A stretch of 64,000 bases of DNA from assembly GCA_051382335.1 (NCBI GenBank), contig JBBCAX010000096.1, positions 1 through 64,000 of the forward strand, in the 5' to 3' direction. The notes below the pieces were generated by a model. It was given only the letters and a program-made list of their open reading frames with translations, did no database searches and was not told the DNA's origin. Position numbers and translations under genes: made by a program. Source of the stretch: Deltaproteobacteria bacterium TL4 (lineage in GTDB: Bacteria > SAR324 > NAC60-12). Positions 10,940 to 19,223 of this stretch are shown in pieces. Position 1 is the first letter of the stretch. Each line of letters begins with the position of its first letter.

Positions 10940-11820
10940 ACCAACCTCCCCAGCATTTCGATTGCGCCTATCTCCATCTTGGAAAACGCGAACCATTTTT
11001 TGCCAAGGTCTTTCAGGGACGCGCCAAAATGATAAACGGTTTGCTCATCAAGGATCATGAACCGATCATGGGCGTTCTTAAATTCCTGAATCTCCACAGA
11101 GGGGTATTGCTCGTTATATTTTTTAATATCCAAGGCCAATGGCGGGGAGAGGGTTTTGGTCAAGAGCCTCACCTTGACGCCTGGTTTTCTTTTGGAAAGA
11201 TGGAGCAAGACGGTATCATCAAGGTAGTTATCAATGAGGAGGATGGATTTTTCAGCGGAGCGGATGAGGTCAGACACAAACTGGTAGGCATCGAAGACCT
11301 GTCCCTCATAAAAGATGCCTTGTTTGGGTTTGAATTCTTTGGCTTCAAGTGCGTTAAAAATCTGTTCAAATTTCTGGTTGGTTTCTGCTTTGTACTCGAT
11401 CTGTCGCCTTTCCACAGCGTCAAGCCGTTGAAAAATCTCGGCGTTAGAAGCGATAAAGCGGCGCATTGCGACAAACGCACGCATGATCTGTATATTGACT
11501 TCAATCGCTCTTTCACTCGTAAGGACGGTGGAAATAGTGGCCACACCTTGTTCTGTAAAGACATACGGTAACGATCCTCCCAAATGCTGTCTGGAAGGTA
11601 TCGCATTTTGCGAGACCATAAGGCCAACTTCTGCCTCTGTGAGTTGAAACATAAAATCAGGAGGAAAGCGTTTTATATTTCTTTTGACCTGTTCTCTTAG
11701 CCTAATGGGTTTTACCTCATAGAAAAGAGCCAAATCTTTATCCAGCATCACTTGAACCCCACGAATGGTGTAGATTCTGTTTTGAATCAATTCATGGGTC
11801 ACCAACTCATTTTCACTCAT
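10936..11820 (-). CDS. ORF6N-domain DNA-binding protein with a PLD-like C-terminal region
   Basis: Motifs IRGVQVMLDKDLA, VKRNIKRFP.DFMFQLT, PYVFTEQGVA; C-terminal LIDNYLD...HDRFMILD...YHFGASLKDLGKKWFAFSK. Confidence 0.85.
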   Translation of the reverse strand: MSENELVTHELIQNRIYTIRGVQVMLDKDLALFYEVKPIRLREQVKRNIKRFPPDFMFQLTEAEVGLMVSQNAIPSRQHLGGSLPYVFTEQGVATISTVLTSERAIEVNIQIMRAFVAMRRFIASNAEIFQRLDAVERRQIEYKAETNQKFEQIFNALEAKEFKPKQGIFYEGQVFDAYQFVSDLIRSAEKSILLIDNYLDDTVLLHLSKRKPGVKVRLLTKTLSPPLALDIKKYNEQYPSVEIQEFKNAHDRFMILDEQTVYHFGASLKDLGKKWFAFSKMEIGAIEMLGRLV

Positions 11821-11834
11821 ATCGGATTCACCTT

Positions 11835-12088
11835 CTATAGCTCAATAGTTCGATGATTTCTGGAAATCACAACCGCTTGAATGGGTTGAGTATCCTTGGT
11901 TTCTTTCATCTGAAATTCACCGCTGTAATAGGGGTTTTCAGGATGATGGCTCATTTCCATGATGACAGGCGCCGTAATATGTTCATAGCCATCTTCGTAA
12001 CCGTCCGTTAAAACCAGCATATCTTCAGGGAATTTTTTAAAGCGTTAATCAATTCCAGAACAGTCAATGAATGTTTCATCTCAATCAT
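11835..12088 (-). pseudogene. Small hypothetical protein (~84 aa), apparently frameshifted in an A-run near 12033-12038
   Basis: Adding one A gives MIEMKHSLTVLELINALKKFPEDMLVLTDGYEDGYEH..., joining the start that overlaps the yhcG stop to ORF 11835..12020. Confidence 0.5.
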
Positions 12089-13166
12089 GACGGACTCCCA
12101 TTTCAGCAAGTTCTTTTTCCAGATCTTCAATACTGGGCAGACTGGGCTTCAAGTTGTCGGGTAATGTGTGAGTAAGCTGGTATTCTGAAACACCGATGGG
12201 TTTATGGATGTCACTCAGAGCATATTCAGCAACCAGTTGATCCTTGCTTTTACACAATAGAATTCCAATAGTCGGTTGGTCGCCTTCCTGTCGATATTGA
12301 CAGTCAACCGCTTTTATATAGAAATTCAGTTTTCCTGCGTGCTCTGGCTCAAAGTTCGTTGTTTTTAACTCAATGACCACATAACAGTGCAGCCGTGTAT
12401 GATAAAACAATAAATCAATAAAAAATTCACGATCACCCACTTTGAGCGGAAGTTGTCTGCCGATATAAGCAAACCCTGCCCCAAGTTCCAGTAAAAAATG
12501 CGTTATATGCTGGATCAGCTCTTTTTCCAGTTCCAGTTCATTTAAATCTTTGGTCAGGGTTAAAAAATCAAAAATGTAGGGATCTTTCAATATCTGAACA
12601 GCAAGATCAGACTGAGGTTTGGGCAATGTTGAAGCAAAGTTGGTAACAGATTTCCCTTCCCGCTCATAAAGATCACTTTCCATCTGATGGACAAGAACAC
12701 TGCGGCTCCAGTTATAAGTTATGGTATTTTGTACATAATACAGAGCTTCCTCCAGGTTTTTACATTTGGAGATGATAGCAATATTGTGCCCCCAGGGGAT
12801 TTGGGTTAGTTGGCCAACAACCTGTCGGCTAATTGTTTTTTCTAATTGGGCAACAGCTTGTTGCCCAATTGTCATTTTGGGATTATAAAACAAAAACCAC
12901 TGACGCATATATTTAATATTTCGCTCTGAAAATCCTTTCATCTCAGGGAATTCCTCCTGCAAATCAATACTCATCTGTTGGATAAAACTATCACCCCACG
13001 CCGACTGTTTTTGCTTTTCCACAAGGCGTTCAGCCAAATCCCAATAAAGGCGCAAAAGTTTTCGATTCACGGCAACTGCCGCTTTAATTTGAACGGTTTG
13101 GATACGTTGTTTAATGTCTCGGATAAACTCTTTGTAATCTTTTGTTTTTACAATGTTTCCACTCAT
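12081..13166 (-). CDS. YhcG/DUF1016-family PD-(D/E)XK nuclease-domain protein
   Basis: Motifs KAAVAVN, GFSERNIKYMRQ, IPWGHN, WSRSVL, KDPYIFDFL, FLLELGAGF, DLLFYH...VIELK. Confidence 0.9.
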   Translation of the reverse strand: MSGNIVKTKDYKEFIRDIKQRIQTVQIKAAVAVNRKLLRLYWDLAERLVEKQKQSAWGDSFIQQMSIDLQEEFPEMKGFSERNIKYMRQWFLFYNPKMTIGQQAVAQLEKTISRQVVGQLTQIPWGHNIAIISKCKNLEEALYYVQNTITYNWSRSVLVHQMESDLYEREGKSVTNFASTLPKPQSDLAVQILKDPYIFDFLTLTKDLNELELEKELIQHITHFLLELGAGFAYIGRQLPLKVGDREFFIDLLFYHTRLHCYVVIELKTTNFEPEHAGKLNFYIKAVDCQYRQEGDQPTIGILLCKSKDQLVAEYALSDIHKPIGVSEYQLTHTLPDNLKPSLPSIEDLEKELAEMGVRHD

Positions 13167-13817
13167 ACCAGCTTCACCTTTTTCAGATTTTCCAAGATCA
13201 GCACGTTCAGTTTTTCCTCTTCCTTCAATTGCGCTTCAAACTCCGCTTTGAGTCCGGTAAACCGTTCCTTGAAATTAGAATCATCCTCATCATCAGGAAG
13301 CCCCACATAACGTCCTGGGGTGAGCACATAATCCAACTCTTTGACCCGTTCGAGGCTGGCAGAAAATCAGCTTTCAGATCTTTATGACTATCATTGAGAA
13401 ACGAGCCTTCGTTGTTCCATTTTACCTGTGAGCTATCGATGCCACGAATGGCAAGGTTCATCTTGGCTAGTCTTTAGGTAGTCTGGTTGCTTTCCTGTCC
13501 GAAAATGGAGAGGTCGTTCACTTTTTCCTGATGCGCGACCACAAGCTTTTCCGATTGCACAAATATCCCGCCGGAACCGCAGCAAGGGTCAAAAACACGT
13601 CCCTTATAGGGTTCCAGCATTTTAACCAGAAGTTCCACAAGACTTCGTGGGGTGTAGAATTGTCCGCCTTGTTTTCCTTCAGCCAAGGCAAATTCACCCA
13701 GGAAATATTCAAACACATGCCCCAGCACATCGGCGCTTCGGGCTTTGGCATCACCCAGGGCGATAGCTGTTTTTCAATCGGTTCTTCTTTATTCCCATTG
13801 TCTTTGGTTTTGGCCAT
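13163..13817 (-). pseudogene. hsdM: hsdM pseudogene with two internal deletions and a nonsense codon
   Basis: Segments match hsdM 3897-5441. Deletion junctions lie near 13764 (~390 bp lost) and 13363 (~500 bp lost, including NPPF). TGG>TAA at 13474-13476. The C-terminus is divergent (EEEKLNVLILENLKKVKLV). Confidence 0.92.
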
Positions 13818-14102
13818 TATTCATCTCCAGTTAAGGCTTTTCTTTGATTGCGCCAGGCAGGACACCGAATGTTCTTAAGGTTCGTTCGATTATAACATTT
13901 TGTCTTTTTCCTTCATTTAGTGCAGCCTTCAGCGCCCACCTAATCGTTAGATAAGCAGAAACTCACACGCTACGTGAATCCGGAAATGGTGGCTCAATAA
14001 TTCTAGAAGTCCTAGCTGTTTCATGAATCCCAGTAGCAACGGTACATCGTCCAGACGCTCTACTTGCGGGATTTGTGGTGTGTCCATTCGGGGAGTTTAA
14101 TC

Positions 14103-14226
14103 GGGGTTGCCTCTAAGTTCGTCCATTTTGATGATAGCCCTGGGTTTCGTCCCAGGGGATACTGTGTATATTGTTCCTCGGGACGAAACCCGAGGCTACC
14201 CCTGGCCGAAGTTAGACACAACCCCG
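14103..14226. mobile_element. MITE-like element with 23-bp TIRs and an internal REP-like doublet
   Basis: TIRs GGGGTTGCCTCTAAGTTCGTCCA and TGGCCGAAGTTAGACACAACCCC. Flanking direct repeat GTTTAATC at 14095-14102 and 14227-14234. Inner TAGCCCTGGGTTTCGTCCCAGGGG / CCTCGGGACGAAACCCGAGGCTA. Confidence 0.75.
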
Positions 14227-14300
14227 GTTTAATCCATTTTCTTAACTTGGACAATTTTTTAGTGAACCGTCAGTAAAAGAGAAATTATTTAATGCTTGTC

Positions 14301-15641
14301 CTAAGCACTTAAGCGTAACTTGATGAAGCTTTCAAGATCACTCGCTTCAGGAGGGCCTACGAGGACTTTCCAGCCTGGAAGCCCTTCTTCCAGTTCACCG
14401 CTAATTTGCGCGACATAACCCGGGATCACAATAACGCGGGAAGTGATTTCCTGCTCTAACTTAACTGCCTTTATGAATTTGGCAACCGAGGAACCTGAGA
14501 ATTTTCCCGCGGCCCACGCTGTAAGGACACTCATGCCTTCACATTCAGGGACAACCAGCCAGGCGCTGATGCCGCTATTTTCAATCTCCCCTGAAACAAT
14601 AAAGTAGGTTAATGAAAAGTTAGTGGTTAAAAACACAGGGGAACTGGCGTTAGGTTCTCCGATGGGATATACTTTGGGCTCAACCTGAATCGGTTTTTGA
14701 GGATCCGTAAAGATATTCAAACGTAAGGTCATTAAAGAAACCAACTGTGCGGGTTCAAAAGATGGCAGCACGCAAATCCCGCCATACTTCGTGATTTCGT
14801 TCAGGGCCGCTATCGTTTCTTCCAGAACGTCTCCAGCTTTCAGAAACTTCAGGCTGGGATAGCCGAGCGGTTTGAAATTGTCTTTCAACGCGGCTCGACG
14901 TGAAATGGAATTAACCTGGAACTGTTCGGCAAGAGAGTGGGTCTCGAACTGCAAAATTAAATGATTAAAACCATCATCCTTCAGCTTGGAAGTCAAAGCC
15001 ACCAACTGATTCAAATCCGGTGCGGTCACCGCCAGAGCATGTTCGTTTTCTTTGGCGATCACGTGTAATTCCTCAACCGTCTCCGCTGTCGCCGCGGATA
15101 GTACGCTTCGGGAGCCTTTCACCGCTTTGGCTGCTTCTGCTAAAGCTTTGGGATCATGACTACTCAGCACTAAAGGACGTTGTACGGTTTCCCAGGCTTT
15201 TTTCGCAAGCGCGACAAAGGGTTCTACGCGGTTACTGAGTTGCGTGATGGCAACCATATCCACACGCAGAACTTCGCCTACCCGTTCCAGGACGTAATCC
15301 CGTACACGGTTCAACGTACTTTCCACAACTTCAGGGGAATCGGTGTCGTTGAGATTCACAGCAAAAGCGGTTTGGTTGACAAAGGTTTTTTCATGCCGAT
15401 AAAGTACCGTTTCTTCTCCAAGTTTTAAGGCTTTATCAGGCCCCAACTCAAGACCTTTGACAGGGGGTTCGCTTGCGGCGCCTAAAACCTGTTTTGCTTC
15501 ATCCGAGGCATAAGGGCATTCGGAAAGGTCGGCTTTTTTCGCGGCCAATTTCATGGCAAAGGCCAGGCAGGTATTGGAGTTGCATTCTTTGCAGTTGGTG
15601 TTGGGAAGAAGTTTATGAATTTTTAATCCTGTAAGAGCCAT
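14301..15641 (-). CDS. acsC: Corrinoid iron-sulfur protein large subunit (ACS complex gamma)
   Basis: N-terminal LPNTNCKECNSNTCLAFA...CP 4Fe-4S motif; GEETVLYRHEKTF; IFTDPQKP; TTNFSLTYF; SVLTAWAAGKF. Confidence 0.95.
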   Translation of the reverse strand: MALTGLKIHKLLPNTNCKECNSNTCLAFAMKLAAKKADLSECPYASDEAKQVLGAASEPPVKGLELGPDKALKLGEETVLYRHEKTFVNQTAFAVNLNDTDSPEVVESTLNRVRDYVLERVGEVLRVDMVAITQLSNRVEPFVALAKKAWETVQRPLVLSSHDPKALAEAAKAVKGSRSVLSAATAETVEELHVIAKENEHALAVTAPDLNQLVALTSKLKDDGFNHLILQFETHSLAEQFQVNSISRRAALKDNFKPLGYPSLKFLKAGDVLEETIAALNEITKYGGICVLPSFEPAQLVSLMTLRLNIFTDPQKPIQVEPKVYPIGEPNASSPVFLTTNFSLTYFIVSGEIENSGISAWLVVPECEGMSVLTAWAAGKFSGSSVAKFIKAVKLEQEITSRVIVIPGYVAQISGELEEGLPGWKVLVGPPEASDLESFIKLRLSA

Positions 15642-15668
15642 AATCGTAATACTTTTAATTGTTAAGAG

Positions 15669-18600
15669 TTAGACCGCTTTTCCGTCCATTAATTTATAAA
15701 TGGTTCTTTTGGTCGCCATTGCTGCTTCAGGGTGATACATGATCAACAGATCCGCACCGGCATACAACAAGTTAACCGCCGTGGATAGTTCCCACAAGGC
15801 CGCTCTTTTTGCCAAATCACCCCATTCAGGAAATTCAGCTTCAGACGCTTTCAATTCTTTGATTTTGATGCACTCCTGCCCTGTGGTTACAATCATGGGG
15901 GCCGCCAGCATTTTATCGCCACCCAGACCAGTCAAACGGATACGCTCCATGACAGAGTAGGTGTATTCGATGCCATACCCCATCGCGCCTGTCATCGGAT
16001 CAACCACAATTTGTTCCGGTTTGACATCCATGTTGGTTAACAAAATATTGAGTTGTTTCGCGATGTTGACATCAATAGGACTTTGAGCGACCACGGTATG
16101 TCCATAAGCAATCGCCGCACCGGCAATGGTTCGGTAGTTGTCTTGTTCTACCCAGTTGAAAAGCAGATTTTCCCCGGCGGTTGCCTGTGCCACCGCTTTC
16201 ATCACTTCGTTGTTTTTGTCAAAATGATTATGTCCTGTGATGATCAAAGGGACATCCACCGCGGCCAAAACAGACTTCACCAATTTAACGGATTCTTCCG
16301 GACTGCGGTTTCCCTTTTCAGGGTGAGTTCCATCCAATCGAACACTGATCAGGTCCGCTCCATATTTGTGGACACAGACCTTTGCCATTTCAGCGGGGTT
16401 CCGCAACAGGTCTCCATAAACAGTTCTGAGGATTTGAGGGAATTTCTCACTGATGACATCAAAAACTTCCATTGCGACCAAAGGACGGTGAGGCATTTCT
16501 CCTTCCCAAAGATGAAAAGGCATACAGGAAGCACCCCCAAGGGTAAGGCTTTTTTTCCGTGTTCCCCCTTCACTTTTGGACGCGCCCAGTTTAACCGTCC
16601 AAATAGGAATTTCACAGGATTCTTTCCGTACATGGAACGCATTGATTTCCCTCACCCGTTCTTCAGCGGTGGGTATTCCTGCTGCTGGAATAAAAACGGC
16701 TGTTTGTTCTGGAATTACCGACTGATTGATTTCCACAAGCGGCTGTTTTTCTGCGACGGGAATTGGTTCTCCCAAAAACTTTTGACTGAGTGTTCCAATA
16801 ATATCCCGTACAATTTCCTGAGTAATGCTTTGTTTCAAGTCCTTGCTCAATTCGGCCATAATTTGAGTCTTCATTTGCAGGATCAAGTCTGGCGTTAAAG
16901 CTTGCACGGCCTCTGCCGTGGGGGCACCTTTTTCCTGAGGAGTCGGATTTGGTGTGGGTAGATCCTTCTTTGCGGAGACTTGGGGTGTTTTATTTTCAAC
17001 CCTGGTTTGAGGTTCAGCGGAAGACACGCCCGAATCCATAAAGAGGCTCATATCCTCCATTTTTAAGGCAGGATGATCGACCTGTTCCAAATAAGACCGG
17101 AGTGAATGGGCATCCGTGACGATGGTTTCGTCAGCGATTTTATCAAAAAGACCGGTGTGACCTTCTTCATCAATTCGTCGATTGATATCATTTCCTAATA
17201 GTTCTTTCAGTTCTTTGGGCATCCACACCAAACGTTGAAAACCCCCTTCCGCAAACAGAAATTTCTTGGACGTTAAAAAGACCTTTCCCACCCCCATAAA
17301 TCCTGGTGTCTGTTGTCCTCCCCCGACGCTTCCCGCTAAAGTTGAAAAGGACATTCCTACCGGCGTATCTCCCTGAAACTCACGGTTGACAACCATCACC
17401 CCATTACATTCGGGAACGTAGGCGCAAATAGCTTCGAAACAGCCACAACTGGTCATTGGACGGTCCATGATGGAGTAAGCGCAAAAGTTTTCTATTGTTT
17501 TGTGGCTGTTGCTGTAAACGTACTCATTCACACCGGCCCAAATGCCTTTTACGGCGTCCAGACAGTCCCCTTTTTTAACAGGCTGATTCGGCCCTGTTTC
17601 ATCAATTTCATAAGCGGCTTTACCATCCAGCCAATTATACGCGCCGCATAAGCCCAGTCGTTCAGGGGTAATAATGCACACATGATTTGGCGCGAAAGAC
17701 TGACACAGCAGGCATGAATAAAACAGCTCCACGGAGTCATCGGTCATGGCTTCCAAGCGACGATTACGTTCATCATAGATCTTTCGTGCCACAACCAAAC
17801 GTTTTTCCACTTCGTCTTTTTCAGTAACCAAAGTGACTTTGACTTTATCAACAATGGCCGGATAATCGGATAAGAATTTGGCATGGATGATTTCTGCGTA
17901 AGCTTTCAGCCTTAACCCTCGCTTAAAACCATCGTTGGAAATACGGGTCCAGACAATATCCCGTTGTCCCATGTGCCAGATTCCCTCCGCGCCGTTAATC
18001 AGGTGGTGAATCTGACGCTCCAGAATAGGCTCAAAATCCGACTGCATTTTTCGGCCTGCGACTTCCACCCAGATCGCCAGAGGCAACGCTCCGCCCTCTT
18101 CCACATCCTCAATATCAGGACCAATGATTTCAATTTCACCGTCATTGATTTGGTCGATTGAAACCGAAGTCACAAATTCAAAGGCGGTGGTCCTGTTTCC
18201 TCCGAATTCAATCCGAGCGTCTTTTTTACGAATACGTTCCCCCTCAAAGGCAGGGCCATAAGCCACAGGTATGGGAACTTTCGTGATTTTAATTTTGCAT
18301 CCTCGAACCTCCAGGGCTTTTTCGACCATGGATTCATGAGGTACTTGGGAAACGACATGTTCGTAGGTACAGACTCCGGTCGGTAAAATTTCTGGAATAT
18401 CGGTATCGGAAATAACAGGAAATCCGTAATTGATCGCTCCTGCCGCAAGGGCGTATTTATCAGGAGTGACCTCACCGAACGCGAGGACAAAAGCAAAAAT
18501 GCGGTTTTTGTTGTACCTTAAGTTTGACTCAAAATCCCCGGGTTTTACGCCACCAAAGGAAAGAGCGGCCCGATTGGCAAATCCCAGAGCGTAGATCAAC

Positions 18601-19223
18601 GCGGAGACATCCCTGCCAAAAGGAACCAGTCGAGTTTCCCAACCCAGTTGAACACCTTCCTCATCCAACTGTTCCGCAAACTGCTTTCCGTCAGTACAGC
18701 CCGCCATGAAGACGTATAAGTTTTTTTCCTGAAGTTCCTTGGCGATTTTAACCGCGATCGCGTTACTCGGCGCCGCGCCGGTAATGGCGGCAAATCCTGG
18801 AGCTGTTCCGTCAACAAATTCAATCCCACGTTCACGCATGATCACGTCATTGGCCGCACCCAACCAGATGCCATCGACAGGACTGGGGCCCATCACATAT
18901 TTACAGACTTCAATCACTTCACACGCAAATAACGCGGCGACCCCTGCGTCCAGGGTACTTCCCAGATAAGGAAGCCAAACCTTTTCCGTGGGACGTGCTG
19001 GAAGGAGTAATTTGGCCTGATTGAGAGTGAGCCGTAAATCTCCCAGGGTCTCAACTTTTTGACCGGTGAAGGCATAAGTAATCGGTAAGTAATACCCTGT
19101 GTTTGGGAATCCTGCCAAAGCAGATTCACCTTTAGCGTTAAGCGCTTCATTTAACTTTATTTCAGCCTGAGCCACCCATTGGATCGCTCCGTCAATCGCA
19201 CTGGTACAAATAATTTTAGACAT
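15669..19223 (-). CDS. acsB: Acetyl-CoA synthase (AcsB) fused through a ~140-aa linker to the CFeSP small subunit (AcsD)
   Basis: A-cluster motifs CLLCQSFAPNHVC..PERLGLCGA and PMTSCGCFE; AcsB-type end DHPALKM near 17050. The C-terminal ~310 aa are AcsD-like (VKLGA..EGGTR, SPIDVNIAKQLN, GYGIEYTYSVMERIRL, GADLLIMYHP). Confidence 0.93.
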   Translation of the reverse strand: MSKIICTSAIDGAIQWVAQAEIKLNEALNAKGESALAGFPNTGYYLPITYAFTGQKVETLGDLRLTLNQAKLLLPARPTEKVWLPYLGSTLDAGVAALFACEVIEVCKYVMGPSPVDGIWLGAANDVIMRERGIEFVDGTAPGFAAITGAAPSNAIAVKIAKELQEKNLYVFMAGCTDGKQFAEQLDEEGVQLGWETRLVPFGRDVSALIYALGFANRAALSFGGVKPGDFESNLRYNKNRIFAFVLAFGEVTPDKYALAAGAINYGFPVISDTDIPEILPTGVCTYEHVVSQVPHESMVEKALEVRGCKIKITKVPIPVAYGPAFEGERIRKKDARIEFGGNRTTAFEFVTSVSIDQINDGEIEIIGPDIEDVEEGGALPLAIWVEVAGRKMQSDFEPILERQIHHLINGAEGIWHMGQRDIVWTRISNDGFKRGLRLKAYAEIIHAKFLSDYPAIVDKVKVTLVTEKDEVEKRLVVARKIYDERNRRLEAMTDDSVELFYSCLLCQSFAPNHVCIITPERLGLCGAYNWLDGKAAYEIDETGPNQPVKKGDCLDAVKGIWAGVNEYVYSNSHKTIENFCAYSIMDRPMTSCGCFEAICAYVPECNGVMVVNREFQGDTPVGMSFSTLAGSVGGGQQTPGFMGVGKVFLTSKKFLFAEGGFQRLVWMPKELKELLGNDINRRIDEEGHTGLFDKIADETIVTDAHSLRSYLEQVDHPALKMEDMSLFMDSGVSSAEPQTRVENKTPQVSAKKDLPTPNPTPQEKGAPTAEAVQALTPDLILQMKTQIMAELSKDLKQSITQEIVRDIIGTLSQKFLGEPIPVAEKQPLVEINQSVIPEQTAVFIPAAGIPTAEERVREINAFHVRKESCEIPIWTVKLGASKSEGGTRKKSLTLGGASCMPFHLWEGEMPHRPLVAMEVFDVISEKFPQILRTVYGDLLRNPAEMAKVCVHKYGADLISVRLDGTHPEKGNRSPEESVKLVKSVLAAVDVPLIITGHNHFDKNNEVMKAVAQATAGENLLFNWVEQDNYRTIAGAAIAYGHTVVAQSPIDVNIAKQLNILLTNMDVKPEQIVVDPMTGAMGYGIEYTYSVMERIRLTGLGGDKMLAAPMIVTTGQECIKIKELKASEAEFPEWGDLAKRAALWELSTAVNLLYAGADLLIMYHPEAAMATKRTIYKLMDGKAV

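Noticed and set aside
668..13898. Invertase-driven hsdS shufflon
   Set aside because: All hsd fragments are in direct orientation and no tyrosine or serine recombinase gene is visible.
14060..14276. Short ORFs over the MITE (likewise 22146..22361 and 44808..45086)
   Set aside because: They are translations of palindromic repeat elements.
16053..16898. Long antisense ORFs (also 7966..8571, 10873..11571, 4767..5276)
   Set aside because: They are shadow frames of well-supported genes on the opposite strand.
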